Shown here: positions 8,541 through 17,700 of the stretch, in pieces | Numbering within the stretch: the stretch's first letter is position 1 | Layout of the letters: every line of letters begins with the position of its first letter | Source: Candidatus Brocadiia bacterium | Lineage (GTDB): Bacteria > Planctomycetota > DG-23 > SLPQ01 | Length of the DNA: 54,780 nt | Reading direction: 5' to 3' | Assembly: GCA_007131925.1 (NCBI GenBank) | Contig: SLPQ01000050.1 | Location: 1 to 54,780, forward strand | Made by a program: the position numbers and the translations under genes | Notes under the pieces: generated by a model | Told to the model about the DNA's origin: nothing | Seen by the model: the letters and a program-made list of their open reading frames with translations, nothing else | Databases searched by the model: none

Positions 8541-9017
8541 TCAGATACCCCGCTGATACGTCTCAAGAAACCGCCTGTAGCCTTTATTTTCCCAGAAGGC
8601 CGTGGCCAGGTCATTTGTCGCGGCTACTTCGAGCCAGACCCAGTCGACGCCGCGCTCTTTGATCCATGCGGCAGTGTAGTCGTAAAGCCGCGAACCGATC
8701 CCGCCTCCACGCGCGCTCGCGGTGACCGCCAGCTCCATCACCTCCACATAGTCACGGCGCTGGAAGACCGGCGGACGCTGCTTTATGGTAGCCACGCAGT
8801 ACCCGCAAATGTGCCCCCGGGACTCGGCGACGGCCACAAGCGAGTCATCCGACTCAATCTTGCCGGTAATCCACATCATCCAGTGCTCCTCGGCGTTTTC
8901 ACTAAGCCCGAGAAGCTCATCCCGCCCGGCGTGAAATGCCATGAACTCAAGCCACAGCGCCGCCAGCTCGGGTGCGTCTTCCCGAACGGCGGCACGCAGG
9001 CGCACATGCTCTTTCAT
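8541..9017 (-). CDS. GNAT-family N-acetyltransferase (embedded in the arg operon)
   Basis: Acetyl-CoA binding block ELAVTASARGGGIGSRLY plus NDLATAFWENKGY. ATG 9017 is preceded by GGAG; the track start 9068 adds an atypical MGLFWRFFAMCPF extension. Stop lies 8 nt before the argJ start. Confidence 0.8.
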   Translation of the reverse strand: MKEHVRLRAAVREDAPELAALWLEFMAFHAGRDELLGLSENAEEHWMMWITGKIESDDSLVAVAESRGHICGYCVATIKQRPPVFQRRDYVEVMELAVTASARGGGIGSRLYDYTAAWIKERGVDWVWLEVAATNDLATAFWENKGYRRFLETYQRGI

Positions 9018-9167
9018 TTCTGCGCTCCGGAAGGGGCACATTGCAAAGAACCGCCAGAAAAGGCCCATCCCGCCCCGTCGGGATGCCTAATACCTACAGG
9101 GCGATCGTCACTGGAGCCGCCGGGCAGCTTGCCTGCACAGAACGGCACCTCTGCCGGCTCGGCGCGG

Positions 9168-10181
9168 CTACTCGAGCCCCTCAGTCCTCTCATGGCCAAA
9201 CATGATATTCATATTTTCGACCGCCTGTCCGGCAGCGCCTTTGACGAGATTGTCGATCGAGGACGAGATGATGACATGCCGATCGGTCAATGTCCATGCA
9301 AGGTCGCAGAAGTTTGTATATGACACGTCCTTCGTACGAGCGAAGGCGGCTCCCCTCAGGCGGATGAAAGGTTCGCCGGCGTAGTGCGCACGAAAGACCT
9401 CGGCGATGTCGCTCTGGCTGGGGGCGCCTTTCGGCTTCATGTAGAGAGTTGCCTGGATGCCGCGGTCCATGGGGACAAGGTGTGGCACAAACTCCACCGA
9501 CACCTGCACACCGGCAGCGTCGCTCAGGACCTGTATCATTTCCGGGGTGTGCTGATGCGTACCCACTTTGTAAGGCATGATGGATTCGTTGGCCTCTGGA
9601 AAGTGTGTCGCCTCGGTAAGCTTCCTGCCTGCACCCGTCACCCCGCTCTTGGCATCGGCGATGAAATCCGGCTCGACCAGCCCGTCCCTTATCAGGGGCC
9701 ACGCAGCGAGGATGACGGCTGTGGGATAGCAGCCGGGGTTTGCGACGAGGTCGGCGCGGGCGATCTGTTCGCGGTAGAGCTCCGGCAGGCCGTAAACGGC
9801 CTTTGCAAGGTTTCCCGGGTCTGTATGCTCACTCTTGTACCACTGGCGGTAAAGTGCGCCATCCCTGAGGCGGTAATCCGCCGAGTGGTCTATGACGCGC
9901 AGCCCCTTCTCAAGAAGCTCCGGCACATAGCCAAGCGCCGCCGTGTGCGGCACGCCCAATAAGCACACCTCGGCTCGCCGGGCGATCTCTTCCGGATCGA
10001 TGCGTTCTGCGGGCATGTCGCAGAGTTTCAAGAGGGACGGATGCATCGATGAAATGGGCGGCTCATCGCTTGAGCGTGTTCCCAGGTACACTATCTCTGC
10101 CCCGCGATGGCGCAGCAGTATCCGTATCAGCTCCAGGCCGTTGTAGCCCGTGGCGCCGACAATCGCGACTTTGGTTGCCAT
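9168..10181 (-). CDS. argC: N-acetyl-gamma-glutamyl-phosphate reductase
   Basis: KVAIVGATGYNGLELIRIL NAD-binding N-terminus. Active-site region VANPGCYPTA. C-terminus DNLVKGAAGQAVENMNIMFG. Confidence 0.95.
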   Translation of the reverse strand: MATKVAIVGATGYNGLELIRILLRHRGAEIVYLGTRSSDEPPISSMHPSLLKLCDMPAERIDPEEIARRAEVCLLGVPHTAALGYVPELLEKGLRVIDHSADYRLRDGALYRQWYKSEHTDPGNLAKAVYGLPELYREQIARADLVANPGCYPTAVILAAWPLIRDGLVEPDFIADAKSGVTGAGRKLTEATHFPEANESIMPYKVGTHQHTPEMIQVLSDAAGVQVSVEFVPHLVPMDRGIQATLYMKPKGAPSQSDIAEVFRAHYAGEPFIRLRGAAFARTKDVSYTNFCDLAWTLTDRHVIISSSIDNLVKGAAGQAVENMNIMFGHERTEGLE

Positions 10182-10376
10182 GTGGATCTCCGTTGAAATT
10201 ATGGTTCGACAAGATTCTATAATGACGGCTCGCGGGGTCTACAAAATTCCCGCAGCCCTGCCGCAGGGGCCACTCCCTTTTCGCTTGCCCAAAAGCCGTG
10301 CCGAGCGTAGTATTTAGGCACTTGGGCGCTTCCGGAAGGGCGCGGTTGAAAGCGATCCAGCAGGCGGAGATGCCAC

Positions 10377-11231
10377 GTGAAATTCGTCAAGATGCAGGGT
10401 GCCGGCAATGATTACATCTACGTGGACTGCACCGACGAAGAGATCGAAGACCCGCAGGAGACCGCCCGGCGCATCAGCGACCGGCATTTCGGGGTGGGTG
10501 CTGACGGGCTTATATTGATCTGCCGCAGCCAGGTGGCGGACTTCAAGATGCGCATCTTCAATGCCGACGGCTCCCAGGCACAGATGTGCGGCAATGGCGT
10601 ACGCTGCTTCGCCAAGTATGTCTACGACAGGGGCATGACGAAAAAAGAGACCCTCAGGATCGAGACCCCTGCGGGTATTATAAAGCCCGACCTCCATGTC
10701 TCCGCTGGCAAGGTCATCCGCGTGCGCGTAAATATGGGACGTCCGCGACTGCAGCGAGCAGAGATCCCCATGGCGGGAGAAGCCGGCAGGGTGATAGACG
10801 AGCCGCTGCAGGTTGATACCAAGGTGGTCAGGATCACCGCCGTATCGATGGGCAATCCGCACGTGGTGATCTTTGTCGACGATGTCTCGGAGGTCCCTGT
10901 AGGCACTCTCGGACCGATGATCGAAAAGCACCCGGCCTTTCCCGAGCGCACAAATGTCCACTTTGTCGAGGTGGTCTCGCCGCGCGAGGCGCGCCAGCGC
11001 AGCTGGGAGCGCGGCTCCGGCGAGACGCTCGCCTGCGGGACAGGCGCCTCGGCGGCACTGGTGGCCGGCTGTCTGAACGAAAAGCTTCAGGCTGAGGTGA
11101 CCGTGCATGTACGCGGCGGCATCCTGGAGGTGGTGTGGTCGGATGACGACAGCATCTATCTGACCGGACCGGCCGAAACGGTCTTTGAGGGCGAGTGGTT
11201 CGACAGCGACACAGCATACCAGCGCATTTAG
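10377..11231 (+). CDS. dapF: Diaminopimelate epimerase
   Basis: MKFVKMQGAGNDYIYVD N-terminus. The two catalytic Cys contexts are present: MCGNGVRCF and LACGTGASA. GTG start. Confidence 0.95.
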   Translation: MKFVKMQGAGNDYIYVDCTDEEIEDPQETARRISDRHFGVGADGLILICRSQVADFKMRIFNADGSQAQMCGNGVRCFAKYVYDRGMTKKETLRIETPAGIIKPDLHVSAGKVIRVRVNMGRPRLQRAEIPMAGEAGRVIDEPLQVDTKVVRITAVSMGNPHVVIFVDDVSEVPVGTLGPMIEKHPAFPERTNVHFVEVVSPREARQRSWERGSGETLACGTGASAALVAGCLNEKLQAEVTVHVRGGILEVVWSDDDSIYLTGPAETVFEGEWFDSDTAYQRI

Positions 11232-11250
11232 GCATCAGAGGGAGACCATC

Positions 11251-12003
11251 ATGCCCGAAAGGAGTCCCCTGGCTTCACTGCGTTACGGCCTTGTGGGCCT
11301 TGCCGGCTCATGGGTCGTGCGTGCGCTGGGAGCCGCCTGCGACGGCGAGCTCGAGAACCGATGGTCACCCGCGCGCGCCAGAAAGAGAGGACCGGTCATC
11401 TATGCCTTCTGGCATGGCTGGCTCATGGTGCCGGTCTTTACCCATCGCCGGCGGCGCATAGGGATCCTCATAAGCCAGAGCGACGACGGGGAATACGTAG
11501 CAAGAGTAGCTGCCAACCTGGGCTTTCATGTGATCCGCGGCTCATCGACGCGCGGCGGAGAGGAGGGTTTTCGCAAGCTCCTCGGTTATCTTGCATCAGG
11601 TGGTGATGTCGCCGTGACGCCTGACGGCCCCACAGGGCCGAGATACAAGGTCAAAAAGGGCATCGTGTACCTTGCGCGCGCGGCGGGCGCAGCGATAGTT
11701 CCCTGCGGCGTGGCGATGGATCGCTACTGGCAGATGGGGTCATGGGATGAGTTTCGCGTCATGAAGCCGGGAGCTTATGTACTGGCGCGCTTCGGTGAGC
11801 CCATTTACGTGCCGGAGCGGTCTAACAAGTTCGAAATGGACCAGATACGCGCGGAAGTTGAAAACACTCTCAATGCCCTCTCTGACGATCTCGAGAGTCG
11901 CGTCTTTCATGCGCGCCGTACGCGCCACCAGCGCCCGCGCCACCAGGGCGAGCCCGGCTTCGGTCAGAATGGACGGCTACTCACGCGCTCTCGCCTGAAG
12001 TAA
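11251..12003 (+). CDS. DUF374-domain (lysophospholipid acyltransferase-like) protein
   Basis: IYAFWHGWL...ILISQSDDGEYVARVAANLGFHVIRGSSTRGG...GGDVAVTPDGPTGPRYKVKKGIVYLA matches the DUF374 pattern. ATG 11251 is preceded by GGAGA. Confidence 0.8.
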   Translation: MPERSPLASLRYGLVGLAGSWVVRALGAACDGELENRWSPARARKRGPVIYAFWHGWLMVPVFTHRRRRIGILISQSDDGEYVARVAANLGFHVIRGSSTRGGEEGFRKLLGYLASGGDVAVTPDGPTGPRYKVKKGIVYLARAAGAAIVPCGVAMDRYWQMGSWDEFRVMKPGAYVLARFGEPIYVPERSNKFEMDQIRAEVENTLNALSDDLESRVFHARRTRHQRPRHQGEPGFGQNGRLLTRSRLK

Positions 12004-12156
12004 TACCTCCGAACGACTTAACCTGAAGAGCGTGGCCCCTCTGCCATCACACGCCGCCGCATTAAGCGACCGCAAGCGGCCTCGCTGCGGCGCGTGAGCC
12101 TTTTTGCAGGCACACCGAAACGGCACACCATCGATATGAGTCCATGCCGCGGCGCG

Positions 12157-12185
12157 TTGACTTGCAGGGCGCCGGCAGGTAAAAT
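12157..12185 (+). promoter_or_regulatory. Sigma70-like promoter (TTGACT-17-TAAAAT) for the 797-aa membrane protein gene
   Basis: TTGACT at 12157-12162, 17-nt spacer, TAAAAT at 12180-12185, 40 nt upstream of ATG 12225. Confidence 0.5.
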
Positions 12186-12224
12186 CCCACACTCACAGCA
12201 AGGGCATGGGGGGCTCGCTACGAC

Positions 12225-14618
12225 ATGAACACAAGGCGGCTACGCACGCTCATCATAGCGCTCGGCGCGTTTGCGGTGATCTTCGGTTTCTGGTGTCTTT
12301 CCGAGATGCCCAAGCAGCTGATCCTGAGGTACATCTCGCAGACAGAGATAATCGGCGCTGAAACAGTCGACGCGCTGAACCTGATGGGCACATTTTCGGT
12401 GATTTTAGGTTGGAGCGCGGCGGCCATCGCGCTTTTCTGGCCTGAGGTAATAGAGCACGCGCTGGCTGAGGAATCTTCGCAAGTCTGCTACCGCGCATCC
12501 CTTGTCGCTACGAGTATCCTGCTCTTTGTGGGTCTCGCGACCGGCATACCAGGTCTGCATGCCTACAACGCGATCATAGGGATACTGCTGGCCGGTGTGG
12601 GGTTCTTTTTTCTGGAGTGGTGGCTGAGCGGATACGTCGCACGAGTGTGGGCGGTGGTCTTCAACCGCTGGACGGCATTTGCCGGCTACCTGGCTGCCGG
12701 CGCGTGGCTTTTTCAGGTTCGCTTTCCCTTCTCGACCTGGAACCACTACATCTTCAGCCGCGACTACCCTATGTTTCAGTACACCATCTGGCTCGACTAC
12801 AAGGTCGCCTTGCAGGGGTGGCTTTACGGCTGGGAGCCGAGCTTTTCAGGCGGGTATCCCACCTTTCTCAATCTCCGCAGCCTGCTCCTGCCCTACCTGC
12901 CGTTTGCGGCACTGCCGCCTACGCTGGGCTTTCACCTGATGATCTTCAGTATATATGTGGGCGTCCCTTTGCTGTGCTACTGGGTTGCATGGGAGCTGAG
13001 CGAAGATCGCGACATCGCGGTGCTGACCGGCTGGGCGGGCGTATGGGCGATGACCGGCTACATGTGGCATATCCTGCACTGGGGGATGATGCCGACATTT
13101 ACGTCGATACCTTTCATGATGCTGGCGCTGGGCTTTTTCATTCGGGCGATGAAAGGCTCGCGCTGGGGTGTCTTTCTGTCGGCGGTGTTCTGGGCGCCGG
13201 TGGCTTACATCCACCTCGGTCACTTCGCTCACGTGGCCCTGGCGCTTTTCGTGCTTGCCGGGCTCTATGCATGGGAAGAGCGCTCCCTGAGAGCGGTATG
13301 GGCCATGGCGCGTACTACCCTGGTCGCTGCTCTTCTGGCGGGCCCGTACATTTTGGAGTTTGTCCGCTACCGTGAGCACGTCATACTGACTAACATGTTT
13401 TCCTACCCGGCGGAAACGGCAATCGGCACCTTGCGCATCTTCCTGCAGACTCTTGCGCGCTTCATACCGATCATGAACTGGCACTGGAGCGCGCGCTTCG
13501 AGGCGCGCGGCTTTCCCGACTATGCATATTTTGCGCTCTTTACGGTCTTTTTGCCGGTCGTCTTATACCTGGCTTTTTCCGGCGAGCGCTCCCACCGCAT
13601 GGCGGGGCTCTTGTACACCGGCGCTATCATGGTCTCGGCGCTGTCTTTTGTGCCGAGGTTTGAGCTTTCTTTCCAGCGGATGCTCTACATGGTGCCGCCG
13701 CTTCTGGCGCTGGCGGTGGGCTTCTGGATGGGCGAGGCCAAGAAAAGGGGACACCTCCTGCCCTTCTATGTAATAGCCATCCTTTTCTTCTTTTACATGC
13801 GCCCCTTTATCCAGCCTGCAGAGGACCGGACCAGACAGCTTAACGTGGCCATACCGACACTGGCCGAGCGCGGCGATTTTGACAGGGCCGTCATCGACCG
13901 GATCGGCGAGCTGCCCGGCGGCGCTTATATCCTCTTTGAGAATATCGCCTCACTGAGCCCCTACGCCGACCTGGCACGTGATTTCGAGCAGGTCGAGGAG
14001 GAGTGGGACGTCCATCCCCCGGGCTTTGTGCATCTCGAGACGGGTAAGCGCCTTTTCTCCCACCCGGGCTACAATCCCCACCCCTACTACACGCTTCGCG
14101 GCACCTATATAGCAACAGGCACTTACGAGGGGCAGGACGTCACGGATTACGGGCATGATTTTTTCGCCGACCTGTGGCGCAGGTGGGGTGTGGAGTACCT
14201 GTGCCTGTGGAGCCGCCAGTCGAGGCGTTTTTTCGGCGGCGCGCCGGAGTATGAAAATATCCTCGAGGGAGAGCGCTTCGCGATCTACCGTTTCAGGGAT
14301 GCCGATGCCCGGGCGGTGGCTGTGAGGGCAGGCTCGGCTGAGCTTTCATACCCGGACAATTTCACCGCCAAGGTGCGCCTCGATGGTGTGCCGGCGGGCT
14401 CGCGGGTCGTCCTTCGGGTAAACTGGTTTGACGAGTGGCGCGCGACGTGGGACGGAGAGCCGGTCGAGCTCTACGAGCATGAGGGGCAGATATCCTTTGA
14501 TGCGCCCGAGGGCGATGGTACGCTTCTCATGAACTGGCCGAAGCGGCGGGGCCTTCTTTTATGGCCGGCGCTGGCTGTGGCTGCGGGCGTCTTTCTCTCA
14601 CTGCGGCGGATGCTGTAG
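12225..14618 (+). CDS. Large polytopic membrane protein, GT-C/YfhO-like glycosyltransferase candidate
   Basis: 797-aa ORF: ~530 aa of dense hydrophobic segments, a soluble C-terminal domain and a terminal TM anchor. Loop motif WLYGWEPSFSGGYPTF. The ORF is well supported; the function is not. Confidence 0.6.
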   Translation: MNTRRLRTLIIALGAFAVIFGFWCLSEMPKQLILRYISQTEIIGAETVDALNLMGTFSVILGWSAAAIALFWPEVIEHALAEESSQVCYRASLVATSILLFVGLATGIPGLHAYNAIIGILLAGVGFFFLEWWLSGYVARVWAVVFNRWTAFAGYLAAGAWLFQVRFPFSTWNHYIFSRDYPMFQYTIWLDYKVALQGWLYGWEPSFSGGYPTFLNLRSLLLPYLPFAALPPTLGFHLMIFSIYVGVPLLCYWVAWELSEDRDIAVLTGWAGVWAMTGYMWHILHWGMMPTFTSIPFMMLALGFFIRAMKGSRWGVFLSAVFWAPVAYIHLGHFAHVALALFVLAGLYAWEERSLRAVWAMARTTLVAALLAGPYILEFVRYREHVILTNMFSYPAETAIGTLRIFLQTLARFIPIMNWHWSARFEARGFPDYAYFALFTVFLPVVLYLAFSGERSHRMAGLLYTGAIMVSALSFVPRFELSFQRMLYMVPPLLALAVGFWMGEAKKRGHLLPFYVIAILFFFYMRPFIQPAEDRTRQLNVAIPTLAERGDFDRAVIDRIGELPGGAYILFENIASLSPYADLARDFEQVEEEWDVHPPGFVHLETGKRLFSHPGYNPHPYYTLRGTYIATGTYEGQDVTDYGHDFFADLWRRWGVEYLCLWSRQSRRFFGGAPEYENILEGERFAIYRFRDADARAVAVRAGSAELSYPDNFTAKVRLDGVPAGSRVVLRVNWFDEWRATWDGEPVELYEHEGQISFDAPEGDGTLLMNWPKRRGLLLWPALAVAAGVFLSLRRML

Positions 14619-14651
14619 GAGCGGCGGCGGCAGGGCGGACCATCAGATAAG

Positions 14652-14686
14652 ACGGGCCTCCGCAGAGACGGAGGCCCGTTGTTATT
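14652..14686. terminator. Intrinsic terminator hairpin between convergent genes
   Basis: ACGGGCCTCCG (14652-14662) and CGGAGGCCCGT (14669-14679) form an 11-bp GC-rich stem with loop CAGAGA. TGTTATT follows on the + strand. Confidence 0.6.
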
Positions 14687-14722
14687 GCCACTCTTTTGAA
14701 CGCCCTCAGGCAGCCCTGCCCC

Positions 14723-17700
14723 TTACGGCACCATCACCTCCACAGACTTTGAGATGCCGCTTGCCGCCTCGGTAAAGGCGAGCTTCCAGATGCCGCTTTC
14801 CCCCTCGAGGGAAACCTCCACACTCCCGGAGACCTTGCCGCGCGTGGCCTGCAGGTTTCGGCTGTAGAGCGGGTGCCTGACGCCTTCGGAGTCCATTACG
14901 TCCATGACTATCGTGTGCAGCTTTGGCGTGCCCTTGGAAGCAAGGACCTCGACGGCAAAACTGACAAGGTTGCCCCCTGGCTCGACCTCGATATCCATAT
15001 CTTTGACCCGGTACGGATAAACGGCGAATACCTTGGCCTCGGCGGGCTCGATTGACGTCTCGAAAGAGGACCCTTCGCCATGATACTGCTTGGCGATGCA
15101 GTCGTAGACATGTCCGGATACAGGCAGCGATACCATGATTTTCTCCGCGACCGTGTCGCCCTCCTCGGCACCGTGCACTATGCCGTCATACGCCACGCGC
15201 ACGTCAGAGCCGACGTTTTCGCGAAGCATGGCGAAGTACCTGACCGCCCCGTCGCGATAACCAAACATCTCCACATGGTCAAGGGGAGCGCCGTCACTTC
15301 CGGTGACTTGCATGATCGGCTTGACGCCAAACCAGGCAATAACCTCGCCGATGGCCTTTTTGAGCGCGAGACCCTCGGCGGAGTCGGGCTCACCAGCGCA
15401 GACATCCACGCCGAAGTTCAGGTAGGCCGCGCGCCCCTTGCCGAAGGAGTTGATCACAAAGCCCGGCACGTAGTGCGAAAAGTCATCATGGAAGAGCGCC
15501 TCTCCGCCCTCCTCTCGCACTCCCGGCTCCTCGAGCCTGCAGCTGGCATCCTGGACCTGGCGCGCATCGATTTCGGGGAGCTTGTCTGAGCGCATCGGCT
15601 CCCGGTTGATGAAAAACGGCTCGTTTCGCATGTTGAAGCGCCGTATGCCGAAGACATCATCCAGAGCGCCGCTTGTGCGCATCTTGCAGTGGTCGTCCAT
15701 CACGGCGGTCTGCAGGTCGCCGATGACCCTGCCACCGGCCTTGACAAACTTCTTTATCTCGCGCGCCTCGGCGTCGCTGAGAGCATAAGACATCGGCATG
15801 ATGAGCAGCTTGAACCTGCGCTCAATGAGGTCGCCGTTTTCGATCTGCTGGCGCGAGAGAAAGCTCTGCTGAAAGCCCATGTCCTGGAGGATATTGAGCC
15901 AGCCCTGGCGGGCCTGGTTAAAGCGCTCCATCTTCTCACGCCCATAGGCGGCGTGGATAGACGGGTAGGAGTAGTGCACTGCGATGCGGCTGTTGTCACG
16001 CTCAGCGTCAAAAAGCATCCGCGACACGCCCGAGCCGTGCAGGTCCTTCCAGGTGGACGCCATATCCTCGGCCGAGCCGGAGAGCGTGAGATCCGGGTTT
16101 ATGACCGCAAACTCCCAGAAGACCGACATAAGCCTTATCTGGTGGAAGTAGGCGTCCCATATCTTGTGGTTTGACACCCTGCCCTTTTGCCCGTAGCCTA
16201 TCCACGTGCCGAGTATCGTGCGCGGCCCTGCGAAGGACTGGTGAAACTCGTACTGGTTGCCGCCGCCGTAGGCCTCGAAGTACTCGACCACCTGGTGGAG
16301 CCGCCAGTAGTCCATGCCTGTGTACGGCTCACTGACCTGGCAGCCCGACAGTCTGATGCGCGCGTCGGGATCGACCTCCCGCACGCTGTCGCGTACAAGC
16401 CTGAAGTAGTCGGCAAAGGCCATCTCCATGAAGGTGCGATGGTCCGCCCACGGCGCCAGGTTGCCGTGCGCGCGCGCCTCGTCGATGGTCATGGGAGTGA
16501 CCTTTTCCCATGAGCTGAAGCTCGTACCCCACTCACTGTTTAACCGGCGGATGTCGCGGTACTCTTTTTTGAGCCACTTGCGCATGGCGGCCAGCGTATG
16601 CTTGCCGAAGCACAGGTCCAGCTGGTCCCGATAGCAGGTAAGCGACCCCTCATCCTGCACGTAGTATGACAGCGGAGCGTACCTGGTGCCCTGGGAGGCG
16701 ACTTCGACGATTTTTTCGTGGACCTCTTTGAGAAAACCGGGGTCGTTCAGGCATGGCTTGCGCTCGAGGTATTTCTTGTTGCCCGTGCGCAGGTACTTCT
16801 CCTTCTGCTCGATGTAAGGCGCACGGTGATACCAGTAGATGCCTCCTCCCTCGGCGCCCGACTCGGCCAGTATCTTCGAATACCCGTAATAACCGTTGGT
16901 CGCGCCGAATTCCATGAGCTGGCGGCGGATCGCCTCTACATAGTCGCCCCGCCCGCGGTCGTACTGCGCGACGACGAGCTCGGCGTCGTGAAGGTTGCGA
17001 TCATAGTCGGGAACCGCCGTCAGCCGCACGCTTAGCTTCTGGTCGATCTTTCGGCCGTCTTCGGTCAGCTGCACTCGCACCCACATCTGCGGCGTCATGA
17101 CGCCGTCGCGCGAGAGCGTAACCGTCGTCGCGACGCCCGGACGGATATCGCAATATTCGCGGCTGGTAACCCTGTCGAAGGCATCGACGATGGCCGCCTC
17201 CATCCTGAGCGGACCACCTTCGCCGGAGATTTCTATCTCTGCTGTTACCGGTGCACCCGGCTCATAGATCTCGGCATCGGGAGTGATGCTCTCTATTGCC
17301 GCTCTTCTCGGCATGTCAAAGCGCACCGCTGCCCAGTCTACTGACTTGCCATTTCTGCGCGCGATGACCTCGCCGAAGTGCGCCCCCGCGCCAAGCGCCT
17401 CGGAGGGTATCTCGATGTCCACGCGCCCGCCGTGGACCTCATCAGGGTCGAGCGCGATGTGCGCCGCCTTTTCACCCCACTCATTTCTGACCACGGCGTC
17501 GAGCTCCATGCCCTTTGCGCGCCCGGAGAGTGTGACTTCAATTACAGGCCGCTCGCCGGTGGTCGCTCCAAGCTCGATGGCCGCCTGCGGCGTCTTTCCA
17601 GACGCCCACACTACAGCGCGTGCGAGCATCGCATATACATACTCCACGTAGCGCCAGGGACACTCGCTGAACCCGCCCACCCAGAAGTCGCTGTTGGAGG

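Noticed and set aside
7601-8662. Long antisense ORFs opposite well-supported genes. Examples: 7601-8662 (+) versus argJ, 41539-42909 (-) versus gpmI, 10314-11108 (-) versus dapF, 18296-19291 (+) versus carA and the 1258-aa gene, 21529-22377 (+) versus tldD, 35137-36000 (+) versus lysA, 49611-50465 (+) versus the hydrolase.
   Set aside because: These are typical shadow ORFs of GC-rich DNA. Their products are Ala/Arg/Ser/Pro-rich and low-complexity with no recognisable motif, while the opposite strand encodes proteins with unmistakable family signatures.
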